Source: an uncultured Chlamydiae bacterium (lineage in GTDB: Bacteria > Chlamydiota > Chlamydiia > Chlamydiales > Parachlamydiaceae). Taken from it: a stretch of 64,000 bases of DNA. A program made the position numbers and the translations under genes. Numbering within the stretch: the stretch's first letter is position 1; the number at the start of each line of letters is the position of its first letter. The notes below the pieces were generated by a model that did not search any database, was not told the DNA's origin, and worked only from the letters and a program-made list of their open reading frames with translations. Shown here in pieces: positions 30,054 through 39,658 of the stretch. Where the stretch lies: positions 1,568,001-1,632,000 of the forward strand of contig CAVWGN010000001.1 of the NCBI GenBank assembly GCA_963754655.1, in the 5' to 3' direction.

Positions 30054-30931
30054 ATCTAGTCCTCGTTTACATTAGTTTTTGCCTATTGAGATTGCTTCAA
30101 AGCCCGAGGTTGGGATGAGATGATTCTCTTGTAGTCCTTCAGACTACATGACGAGGGCTAATCTAACCCAGGACTAGGGTGTTCATTTTGTGCAAAAAAT
30201 GAGCTTTATTTTTCACAATAATTGGCATAGTTGAATTGAAAGTCGCATGTTTATGCCGTCCTTTCAGGACTCGATGTCTTTTTGATAGAACCCAGGCCTC
30301 CGCTTCGCTGCGACCTGGGCTGTAACATGACGGCCCTTCAGGCCTTAACAAGAGATGTTTAAGTCCCTCTTCTATAGCCCCTAAATCATCTTTTTGTTAA
30401 GGCCTGAAGGGCCGTCATGTTACAGCCCAGGTCGCAGCAAAGATGATTTAGGGACTATAGAAGAGGGACTTAAACATCTCTTGTTAAGGCCTGAAGGGCC
30501 GTCATGTTACAGCCCAGGTCGCAGCGAAGCGGAGGCCTGGGTTCTATCAAAAAGACATCGAGTCCTGAAAGGACGGCATAAACATGCGACTTTCAATTCA
30601 ACTATGCCAATTATTGTGAAAAATAAAGCTCATTTTTTGCACAAAATGAACACCCTAGCCCTGGGTCGGAACTTAACAAAGAACTGTTTTGGGCTTGATG
30701 TTTTTCGCGTTATTTTCGAGAAATATGCCCCTAAGGCCTGTTAAAGGCGTGGTGTTGTTAAATTGACGCGATGAATATCAAGCCCAAAAACAGTTCTTTG
30801 TTAAGTCCCGACCCTGGGTTAGATTAGCCCTTGTCATATAGTCTGAAGGACTACAAGAGAATCATCTCATCCCAACCTCGGGCTTTGAAGCAATCTCAAT
30901 AGGCAAAAACTAATGTAATGGAGTACTAGAT
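30054..30931. repeat. ~880-bp nested palindrome (REPIN/MITE-like)
   Basis: 30054-30172 pairs with 30813-30931; 30167-30393 pairs with 30439-30665; extra hairpin 30663-30814; centre 30394-30438 is identical to 30481-30525. Confidence 0.95.
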
Positions 30932-31049
30932 GATCTTCTGTGCGACTGGCTTTTGATAATTATGATAGCTGGACGGAGTAAATTTTTTCCTATAAATTAA
31001 TTTTTAAGGTAGTGTGATAAGCGAGCAATAAAAAAGCGGGCAGGAAAAT

Positions 31050-31853
31050 ATGCAAGAAGAAGTTAAGCGTCTATTTTTTGGAATAGAAGTTCATGCTCCT
31101 TGGCCTGCTCAATTGCCCAAAGGGCGTTTGTTAGATGAAGCACATCGCCATCTCACGTTGGCATTTTTGGGAAATATTCCTTATCCACCTCTTCGCGAAC
31201 TTTTAAAAAATTTTCCCAAATTGACTCTAAAAATTGGATCGGTTGGATATTTTGACTCTTGCTTGACTCTGCCTCCTCGTCATCCGACTGTTGTGGCTTG
31301 GCATGCCCATTGGCTTGATAAGCATGCGCCTATTGTCAATATTCAAAAGATTTTATCTGATTGGCTCGCGTCTCATGGCTATTCCTTGGACCAGCGTCCT
31401 TGGAAACCGCATGTGACTCTTTGCCGACAACCCTTTGATGCACAGGTTTGGATGCAGGATTTTCGTCCTCTTCCATTTTATGCCAGTTCCATTCATCTGT
31501 TTGAGAGCACTGGCAATCTTAGGTATCTTCCTATATGGAGCTATCCCATTAAAGCCCCTTTTGCAGAGATCAACCATACAGCCGACATCGCTTTTATTAT
31601 TCAAGGCGAGAACCTGCAGCAACTTTATGAGCATGCATTTACTGCCTTAGCATTTAAAGCTCCAGAATTCATTGAATTTTTCACACCTGTGGAATCTTTT
31701 AATCATCTTGATGATGTGATTATCGCTCTCAACGCGATTGTTTCGCTTGTCGATAGCAAAATCGGAAGTCCATTAAAAGCCATCAGTTTTCATGGAGAAA
31801 TCGTGCCCTTGCAAGATTCTTTATTACAATGGGAGATGATCGTCGATGTTTAA
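31050..31853 (+). CDS. 2H phosphoesterase (ThpR/LigT-like) fused to an archease domain
   Basis: RLFFG, HLTLAFLG, WKPHVTL, IHLFES (2H); FAEINHTADIAF..G, LKAISFHG and terminal IVDV (archease). Confidence 0.88.
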   Translation: MQEEVKRLFFGIEVHAPWPAQLPKGRLLDEAHRHLTLAFLGNIPYPPLRELLKNFPKLTLKIGSVGYFDSCLTLPPRHPTVVAWHAHWLDKHAPIVNIQKILSDWLASHGYSLDQRPWKPHVTLCRQPFDAQVWMQDFRPLPFYASSIHLFESTGNLRYLPIWSYPIKAPFAEINHTADIAFIIQGENLQQLYEHAFTALAFKAPEFIEFFTPVESFNHLDDVIIALNAIVSLVDSKIGSPLKAISFHGEIVPLQDSLLQWEMIVDV

Positions 31854-33279
31854 ATTAAATAAGATTAAACCCGCAACTTATTTACTGCCAAAAGAAGGCA
31901 ATATGCGCGTCCCAGGTCTTATCATTGCAACACCCACCTTATTAGAAGAAGTTGAAATTGAGCAGCCACTCGAACAAGTGCGTAATGTTGCCCATTTGCA
32001 AGGAATTGTGGGCTATAGCATTGCGATGCCAGACATCCATTGGGGGTATGGCTTTCCCATTGGAGGCGTGGCTGCAATGGATGCTGAAAGTGGAGTGATT
32101 AGTCCAGGGGGAGTCGGCTATGATATCAATTGTGGCGTGCGCTTAGCAGTGGCGCCTTTAGCTTTTAAAGACATGGATGAGAGGGCTCGAAAAAGCCTCT
32201 TAGAACATATTTTTCATTTAGTTCCCTCTGGAGTTGGCCATGGGCATAAAGGCAGCCAGCGCAATTTGACCGAAACGGATTATCGTCATTTGGTAGAGCA
32301 AGGGGCTGCTTGGTCTGTTGGCAAGGGCTATGGCTTTGCAAGAGATCTCCAACATATTGAAAGCAATGGTCTCATTAAAGGGGCTGATATTAAAGCTGTT
32401 TCAAAAGAGGCCATGCTACGAGGGCGCGATCAATTGGGATCGGTTGGATCTGGCAATCATTTTATAGAAATAGGAGAAGTGCAACAGCTTTTTTTGCCAG
32501 AAATTGCCAGTGCATGGGGAATTGAAAAAGGGCAAACATATATTCTCATTCATTCAGGATCTCGGGGTTTTGGCCATCAGGTTTGCCAAGATACTTTGAA
32601 TAGTTTCATCAAACAAGGATATGCAGAAGGACTCCCCGATCGGCAGTTAGTGGCAGCGCCCATTAAAAGCAAAGCAGGCCAACAATACTTTGCAGCGATG
32701 GCAGCCGCTGCTAACTTTGCCTTTAATAATCGCCAGCAAATTTTGCATGCGGTTCGACAAGGTTTTCAAGAGGTCTGCCGTGTGAATCCAGAAGAGATTC
32801 ATCTGATCTATGACGTTTGCCATAACATTGCTAAATTTGAAACCTATGTCGTAGATGGGATTGAACGTAAATTATGCGTTCATCGTAAAGGAGCCACTCG
32901 AGCTTTTGGTCCTGGAGCTGAAGAATTGGCTCCTATTTTTCGCCAAACAGGCCAGCCTGTTCTTGTGCCGGGTGACATGGGAAGGGCAAGCCACCTCATG
33001 GTGGGATTGGGTAATCAATTGACTTGGTGCAGCGCTTGTCATGGAGCGGGACGAGCCCGAAGCCGCCATCAGTCTATGAAGGCTTGGGGAGGAGGCAGAC
33101 AAGCGATCAATCACATGAAAGAGCAAGGCGTTCAAGTCATGGCTAGCTCTTTTCGCACCATTGCAGAAGAAATGCCCGATGCGTATAAGAATGTTGATGC
33201 AGTGGTGGAAGCTGTGGAAGAAGCGGGTCTTGCCAATCGTGTTGCTCGTTTGAAGCCCTCTCTTGTAATTAAGGGGTAA
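31846..33279 (+). CDS. rtcB: RtcB RNA ligase (long, archaeal/eukaryote-like type)
   Basis: MPDIHWGYGFPIG, GVGYDINCG, GSGNHF, HSGSRG, YDVCHN, HRKGAT, PGDMG, SACHGAGR, EEMPDAYK. Confidence 0.97.
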   Translation: MFKLNKIKPATYLLPKEGNMRVPGLIIATPTLLEEVEIEQPLEQVRNVAHLQGIVGYSIAMPDIHWGYGFPIGGVAAMDAESGVISPGGVGYDINCGVRLAVAPLAFKDMDERARKSLLEHIFHLVPSGVGHGHKGSQRNLTETDYRHLVEQGAAWSVGKGYGFARDLQHIESNGLIKGADIKAVSKEAMLRGRDQLGSVGSGNHFIEIGEVQQLFLPEIASAWGIEKGQTYILIHSGSRGFGHQVCQDTLNSFIKQGYAEGLPDRQLVAAPIKSKAGQQYFAAMAAAANFAFNNRQQILHAVRQGFQEVCRVNPEEIHLIYDVCHNIAKFETYVVDGIERKLCVHRKGATRAFGPGAEELAPIFRQTGQPVLVPGDMGRASHLMVGLGNQLTWCSACHGAGRARSRHQSMKAWGGGRQAINHMKEQGVQVMASSFRTIAEEMPDAYKNVDAVVEAVEEAGLANRVARLKPSLVIKG

Positions 33280-33356
33280 ATCATTTTGTCCTCTAATGAC
33301 ATCTAAGGGTGTATTTGATGGAATTTCAAAAGCAAGTTTTTATAAGGAGATAATAA

Positions 33357-34232
33357 ATGCATAAGATATTGTTTATTTTGATAGGGATGATTATCAGCTT
33401 CTTACCAGAGATAGCTATTGCTAAAGTTTATGATTGTTTCCTCTTCTTTAATGAATTGGATGTGCTTGAAATTAGGCTCAATGAGCTTTATGATCATGTG
33501 GATCACTTTGTCTTAGTGGAATCCAAAGAAACCTTTCAAGGGAATCCGAAGCCCTTATATTATGATGAGAATAAAAATCGCTTTGAAAAATTTGCAGATA
33601 AAATCATTCACATAATTGTTGAAGAGCGAGCCTATCAAGGTAATCCGTGGAATGTGGAAGCCTTTCAACGTAATCAAATCATGAGGGGTCTTAAGAATTG
33701 TCATCCTGATGATACTATCCTCGTTTCTGACGTTGACGAGATACCCAGAGCAAATATTTTACCAGTTATCTATCAATGGCTATATGATAAAATGATTAAT
33801 CCTCTGCAATGCGAGCAACCGATTTGCAGATTTTATTTGAATGTTAAAGATTATTGTGGCGAATGCCCTGGTTGGGGAGGAACGTGTGCTACAACATATG
33901 AAAAATTATGTTCCCTTTCGCCCGAATCATTAAGAGTAGATCGAAAAGGAAGATATCCGAAAATTAAGCATGCTGGATGGCATTTCACATCGATGGGTGG
34001 TATACAAAAATTCGTACAAAAGCTTGAGTCTTTTTCTCATTCCGAGCAGAATCTGTCTGAAAGTAAGACGTCAACCTTCATTTTGAATTATATGCGAGGG
34101 CATTGTTCCTTTGTGCCGATAAATGAAGGCTATCCTAGATTTGTCTTGGAAAATCTTCCTTTATTCATCGAAAAGGGATTAGTCTATGAGCCTTTTGTGT
34201 CATCAGAGATAAGAGTGAATCAATTGTTATGA
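33357..34232 (+). CDS. Glycosyltransferase family 17 (MGAT3-like)
   Basis: YDCFLFFNELDVLEIRLNEL...VD.FVLVES..TF.G.PKPL, EAFQRN, SDVDEIP, AGWHFT. Confidence 0.9.
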   Translation: MHKILFILIGMIISFLPEIAIAKVYDCFLFFNELDVLEIRLNELYDHVDHFVLVESKETFQGNPKPLYYDENKNRFEKFADKIIHIIVEERAYQGNPWNVEAFQRNQIMRGLKNCHPDDTILVSDVDEIPRANILPVIYQWLYDKMINPLQCEQPICRFYLNVKDYCGECPGWGGTCATTYEKLCSLSPESLRVDRKGRYPKIKHAGWHFTSMGGIQKFVQKLESFSHSEQNLSESKTSTFILNYMRGHCSFVPINEGYPRFVLENLPLFIEKGLVYEPFVSSEIRVNQLL

Positions 34233-34265
34233 TATATCATTGTTTGATGGAATGCATGCGTTCTA

Positions 34266-35104
34266 GGGAGCGTACCTAAAAGATTTAAAATAATAACTCT
34301 TATGATTTATAATTTTCTCTGATAAAACAAGGGGGAAATTTGAATGAGTAGGATAGTATTAACTAATGAAAGATGGATAAAAATAAAACCTTTATTGCCA
34401 AAAGAACGAGGATATTGGGGCAGACCAAGTCGGCCTCATCGTAAGATTTTAGAAGGCATTATTTGGATTTTAAGAACAGGAGCCGCTTGGAGGGATCTAC
34501 CACCCAAGTATGGTCCTTGGAGCACATGTTATAATCGCTTTAATCGATGGACAAAGGCTGGAATCTGGCAAACGATTTGGCAAGCTTTAAAAGATGAAAT
34601 TGACGAAGAAAATTACTCTGTAGACAGCTCAATTGTTGAAGCGCATCAAGATGCTTGTAGGATAAAAAAAAGCCGAAAAAGCCATGGGAAAATCAAGGGC
34701 CGGAACAACCACAAAAATTCATGCAGTAACAGATGGATTAGGTCGTTGTATTGATTTTATCTTGACAGAAGGTCAAGTACACGAGAGCACTCAAATGAAG
34801 CTTTTACTCAGTGGAAAAAATCCACAAAATGTTATAGCTGATAAAGCTTACGACTCAAATGAAATCAGAAATTTTATAGAAAAGATGGGAAGTCAAGCAG
34901 TCATACCCAGCAAAGTATCAAGAGCTGAACTAATTGAACATGATAAACATATCTACAGAGAGCGTTGCTTGGTAGAAAATTTTTTTCAGTTTATAAAACG
35001 ATTTAGGTGTATTGGAATAAGATACGAAATGAAAGCTCAAAATTATGCAGGAATGTTGACGATCGCTTGTATTATACAATGGTTAATCTTTTAGGTACGC
35101 TCCC
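34266..35104 (+). mobile_element. IS5-family element, copy 2 (slippery run shortened to A8)
   Basis: Near-identical to 10616-11455, same IRs, TA flanks; ORFs 34344-34754 and 34684-35094. Confidence 0.93.
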
Positions 35105-35169
35105 TAAAATAGGTCTATTTTTAATATTTTTTTTGTTTTATTTGTTTTTTATTAGCAAGTGATGCCGTT

Positions 35170-36378
35170 CTATAACTTATGGACAAATATACCATTCATT
35201 ACTTCTTGCTTCATCGATACATTGCTAATAGACTTTTGGCCTATCCCACAAGAGGAATCTCCACAAGCGTAAATTCCCGTGGAACTCACGGTACTCAATT
35301 TTAATAAATTTTTGGCTGCATTAATGTCTCTATCGTGTTGTGTACTGCAATGTTGACAGACCCATTCCCTGATGTTCAGCGGCATTTGGATGGCTTTATG
35401 CTGACAATGAGAACAGATTTTTGAAGAAGAATAATACCTTGGCGCTCTTATTAGCTTCGAGCCATACCATTCTGTCTTATAGGCAAGCATGCGTATAAAT
35501 CCGCTCCATCCTGCATCGGCAATCCCTCTACCCAACCTATTCTTTTGCTGCAAAGTTTGTACATCCAAATCTTCAACAACAATAATTGACTTGGTTTTCG
35601 CCAATCTTGTTGATAATTTATGATGGAAATCAGTGCGTTGATTGCCGATTTTTCGATGCTGTCTGGCTAACAAAAGAGATGATTTCTTATAATTACTAGA
35701 ACCCTTTTGTTTGCGACTTTGTTTTTTATTTAACACTCTTATCTTTTTAAGCGATTTATTTAAAGGCTTTGGTGAAATAGTTTTTTCACCTTCTGAAGTT
35801 GTAACAAAAGAGGTTAGCCCGACATCAATGCCAATCGCTGGTCCTTCAACTGGCTGGGAATTTTCTATTTCACACTCTACCGTTACACTAACATACCACC
35901 GATCTGCTTGACGAGAAACTGTAGCTGAAAGAATTCTTCCTCGTACTTCTGCACACTCTTTAAGTCGAATGATACCCAAACGAGGTAATTGAATGGATTG
36001 CTTATTAACTTTAATGGTTCCCGTTAATCGGAAATGATCGTTGATCCCCTTTCTCTTAAATTTTGGGAATCCTCCTTTCTTACCACTCTTCTGGCGGTGG
36101 AAAAAATTCTGAAAAGCTCGATCAAGATCTCTCAAAGCCTCTTGGGGCGCACATTTTGACACCTCATACATCCAAGAAAATTGTGACCCCTTCAAACTAT
36201 TGAGTAATCGGTGCTGTTCAATAGCGTTAGTAGATATTCCATCTTTTTCATATTTTTCAATTCTTGCAGCAAGCCCCCAGTTATAAGCAAACCGAGCAGA
36301 TCCTGCATGCTTGGCTAAGAGGATGCGCTGAGCGATATTCGGCTTTAATTCATATCGGTAAGCTCTTTTAATTAGCAT
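35170..36378 (-). CDS. tnpB: TnpB RNA-guided endonuclease
   Basis: RAYRYELKP, GSARFAYNWGL, RuvC GIDVG / VVEDL / HDRDINAAKN, Zn finger CSHC..CQHC. Confidence 0.93.
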   Translation of the reverse strand: MLIKRAYRYELKPNIAQRILLAKHAGSARFAYNWGLAARIEKYEKDGISTNAIEQHRLLNSLKGSQFSWMYEVSKCAPQEALRDLDRAFQNFFHRQKSGKKGGFPKFKRKGINDHFRLTGTIKVNKQSIQLPRLGIIRLKECAEVRGRILSATVSRQADRWYVSVTVECEIENSQPVEGPAIGIDVGLTSFVTTSEGEKTISPKPLNKSLKKIRVLNKKQSRKQKGSSNYKKSSLLLARQHRKIGNQRTDFHHKLSTRLAKTKSIIVVEDLDVQTLQQKNRLGRGIADAGWSGFIRMLAYKTEWYGSKLIRAPRYYSSSKICSHCQHKAIQMPLNIREWVCQHCSTQHDRDINAAKNLLKLSTVSSTGIYACGDSSCGIGQKSISNVSMKQEVMNGIFVHKL

Positions 36379-36934
36379 TTTGCATGGTTTCCAATGCTTT
36401 TTTAGCTTTGTTCTTTGCCGATCTTCGTCCGTATAGTCTAGCACAAAAAGAAGTTAACACTTCTATCATATCTTGAACTAAATCATCCTTTAACTCAGAA
36501 CCATCTGCAACTATTAATTTTCTTCCTTGTGCAGCTAATGCTGACTCCACATATTCAGCACCAAATCTCATCAATCGATCTCGATGTTCGACTAAAATAA
36601 TCCAGATCTTTGGATTGTTCAATAATTTTATTAATTTAGGACGATGGCCATTGAGGCCAGAGCCTATTTCTGTTACTGTGTGAGCCACAAGATAGCCTTT
36701 TTGATTGGCAAAAGTGACTAGCCGGCTTACTTGCCCGTTAAGATCATTTTTTTGATCGGCTGAGGACACACGTGCATAGATAGCAACAGCATTTGGCTCA
36801 AGCATTTCCTCTTTGATTAGAATTGTTCCTGTTTTTGTTTGCTCGGCAGGAACAGGGAGTTGTCCTGCTTTGAACCAGCGCCAAGCAGTCCTATAGCTTA
36901 TGCCTTGTTTTTTTGCCCATTTACTTAGTTTCAT
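36368..36934 (-). CDS. tnpA: IS607 TnpA serine recombinase
   Basis: N-terminal HTH MKLSKWAKKQGISYRTAWRW, IYARVSS, EHRDRLMRFG, SFCARLYGRRS. Confidence 0.95.
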   Translation of the reverse strand: MKLSKWAKKQGISYRTAWRWFKAGQLPVPAEQTKTGTILIKEEMLEPNAVAIYARVSSADQKNDLNGQVSRLVTFANQKGYLVAHTVTEIGSGLNGHRPKLIKLLNNPKIWIILVEHRDRLMRFGAEYVESALAAQGRKLIVADGSELKDDLVQDMIEVLTSFCARLYGRRSAKNKAKKALETMQNAN

Positions 36935-36991
36935 GCTAATGAAATATTAAATTCGAACATATATGTCTATAAATTTGTCAACAGTTCGCAG

Positions 36992-37340
36992 CCCCTTATG
37001 TACTTGTGAAATAAAAGGACAATTAGGGAATCAACTATTTGAAATTTCGGCGACTTTGGCATATGCCTGGGATTATGGCTTAGAACCTCTCTTTCCAGGG
37101 TTAAATTCAGGTGACTTGCATCTCTCGTATAATCGGGACAAGATTTTCTTTAGGCTAAATACCTGTGCATTACCTCGGGGCCCGCAATTCAGATTTCATG
37201 AATCAGGATGGGGCCAAGACAATCCTGAAAAGCCGCCTTATCACCTGGGTCACTATTTGCATGGCTTTTTTCAATCATTGATTTATTCCATTATCATAGA
37301 GATAAGCTTTTGGAAATTTTCTCCCTTCAGCATGGCTTGA
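36992..37340 (+). pseudogene. GT11 alpha-1,2-fucosyltransferase-like pseudogene (remnant)
   Basis: GQLGNQLFEISATLAYAWD and YLHGFFQS motifs; truncated with no HVRRGDY; 5' end lies at 34256-34265 + 35107-35166. Confidence 0.75.
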
Positions 37341-37495
37341 TGCTCTCTTACAATTGGCTTAATAGGAGGAATTTCTACCACTTGGCGAACTTCTGCTATG
37401 TAACTCTTAAGAAAAATGTTTGCAAAAAAAAGTAAAAGCAATCACTTTCTTTTTAAGAAACATTTTGTCTTTCCAAGTTAATTAGAGGAGAATAC

Positions 37496-38137
37496 ATGAA
37501 CTTACTATTAAAATTATTTTTCACTCTGAGCCTCCCAATCTTAGTTACTCATACTTCTTCTATACCGCTTCAAGCAAGTTATATCGATCCTAAAGGAAGT
37601 TGGCATGGTTCTGATGTTCAATGCTTTCATATCTTTGATCCTTCCTTAGCTCAAGGCTTAGTGGATTTTTTTAAACAAGAGAACGCCAATTCTGTCGTTG
37701 ATTTTGGCTGTGGGATGGGAGATTATCAATTGAAACTTTTGCAGAATGGGATTAATACAGAAGCTTATGATGGGAATCCTGACACACCTTTACTCACTCA
37801 AGGTAGAGCAGGTGTGCAAGATTTGAGTATTCATTTCGATTTGAATAAACGTTATGATTGGGTGATGAGTTTAGAGGTTGGTGAACATATACCAAAAGAG
37901 TATGAGCGTATTTTCATTGAAAACTTAATACGCCATGCAACCAACGGGATTGTTCTTAGCTGGGCGATTCCTAATCAAGGAGGCCACGGACATTTTAATG
38001 AGCAAAGTAATCAGTATATTAAAGATATCCTAGCATCATATGGATGGTACAATGACGAAAATAGCGAAAACGTTTTGAGAAAAACCTCTCAATTACATTG
38101 GTTTAAAAATACGATAATGGTGTTTCGCAAGCTATAA
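37496..38137 (+). CDS. Class I SAM-dependent methyltransferase with signal peptide
   Basis: SVVDFGCGMG, YDWVMSLEVGEHIP, SWAIPNQGGHGHFNEQ. Confidence 0.85.
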   Translation: MNLLLKLFFTLSLPILVTHTSSIPLQASYIDPKGSWHGSDVQCFHIFDPSLAQGLVDFFKQENANSVVDFGCGMGDYQLKLLQNGINTEAYDGNPDTPLLTQGRAGVQDLSIHFDLNKRYDWVMSLEVGEHIPKEYERIFIENLIRHATNGIVLSWAIPNQGGHGHFNEQSNQYIKDILASYGWYNDENSENVLRKTSQLHWFKNTIMVFRKL

Positions 38138-38332
38138 TTCAGTTTATGAATATTCATACAAACCTGTCTTATGGCTTATCCTTGCACTGTAGCTGTAAAT
38201 GTGAGAACATATAAAGAGCAAGTGCATTAGGAAGCCACCCTGTTTTTAGGATTGGATTATTAAAAGAACGCCATGAATTTATTTTTTCAAGAGGTTCTTT
38301 TTGTGGTTTTCTCCGATCGTATTAATTGGTGT

Positions 38333-39549
38333 TGACCTGCCCCAAAAATTTAATCTAATTATAAACTCAATAGTTTCAATTGTTTGCTTTATTTCTTGCT
38401 TAACAAAGTACTGGCTAACAAATTCTGTAGGTGTCAAATAGCTAAGCGAGCTATGAGGTCTTTTCTCATTGTAATTTATACGCCATGTTTCAATAATTGC
38501 TTGAGCTTCCTTTAAATTTAGAAATAGATTTTGATCTAGGCATTCTTGCCTAACTTTACCATTAAAACTCTCAATATATCCATTTTTAGTAGGCTTGCCG
38601 GGAGGGATGTACTCAAGCTTAATTCCTTTTTCTTTAGCCCATTTTTTGAATAAGCTTTGAAGTGTATTCAGGGCCATTATCTAATACAATAGATTCGGGC
38701 AATCCTCTTATAAAGCTTAAGCGGTCCAAGGCATCGATGACTCTTTTGCTAGGCAATGAACTCGCAACTAACATCGTTGGGCACTCTCGTGAGAAAGTGT
38801 CAATAATATTGAGCAAGCGAAGTTTCCTTCCATCAGCTAAGCTATCAGACATAAAATCCATTGCCCATCTTTGATTTGGTTTTTCACATTTTTCTAAAGG
38901 CTCTTTATAACGATTAACATATTTCTTCTTCGTCTTTTTCTTTAAGCTTAACCCTTCTTGAACATAAAGGCGGTAAACTTTCTTCTGATTAACAAGCAAG
39001 CCTTTTCTCTTAAGAAGAACTACTATTCTCCTATATCCAAAGCTTTTATGATTCAAAGAAATATGTACAATCCTTTCTCTTAAGCTTTTATCTTCTTTAG
39101 CAACACCTTTATAGCGTATGGTCGGCCTTGCAGCTTTTATTAGCTCACAAGCTCTTCTTTCGCTTATCTCAAATTGATCTTTAAGATAGCTGACTACCAT
39201 CTTCTGAGCTTGTGAGCCTACCACTTTTTTGAAACAATATCCTTCAAAGCTCTATTATCTAGCATTGCCTCTGCAAGCATCGTTTTAAGCTTTTGATTTT
39301 CTTCTTCTAAGGCCTTTAAGCATTTAGCTTCAGAAACTGTCATTCCTCCAAACTTAGCTTTCCATTTATAAAAAGTATTGGGTGTTACATTATGCTTGCG
39401 GCAGACTTCTAAAACTTTAGCTCCAGCTTCTGCTTCAGCTAAAATTCCTATGATTTGTTCTTCTGAAAATCGACTTTTACGCATCTTGATTTGCTCCTTA
39501 AATTTAAATTATCCATCTTATCATGGATTAACTTTTGGGGAGCAGGTCA
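38333..39549 (-). mobile_element. IS3-family element (IS407-like), orfB frameshifted
   Basis: IR tgacctgccccaaaaatttaatc / gattaacttttggggagcaggtca; orfA 39218-39484 (RKSRFSEEQII), orfB WAMDF...DNGPEY / IESFNGK broken near 38650. Confidence 0.9.
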
Positions 39550-39658
39550 AGATGTCCGTCCTTTTTTAAGAGACCAAGCTTTACTGGATCTGTGGAATAT
39601 CGATTTTTTTCATCATTGGATACAGCGTTTAAGATTCGAATAATTAATGACAGGAAAA

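Larger units (their letters stand above)
35167..36991 (-). mobile_element. IS607-family element (serine-recombinase TnpA + TnpB)
   Basis: tnpA-tnpB pair, no terminal IR, minus-strand GG dinucleotide at both inferred junctions (gg|ctgcgaactg ... tagaac|gg). Confidence 0.88.

Noticed and set aside
30300..30530. Possible CRISPR array (45-bp repeat with ~42-bp spacer)
   Set aside because: Only two direct copies, the spacer is itself part of the palindrome arm, and no cas genes are present
30163..30744. ORFs 30163-30351 (-) and 30394-30744 (+) with identical peptides
   Set aside because: They mirror each other because of the palindrome; TTG starts and no RBS or protein motifs
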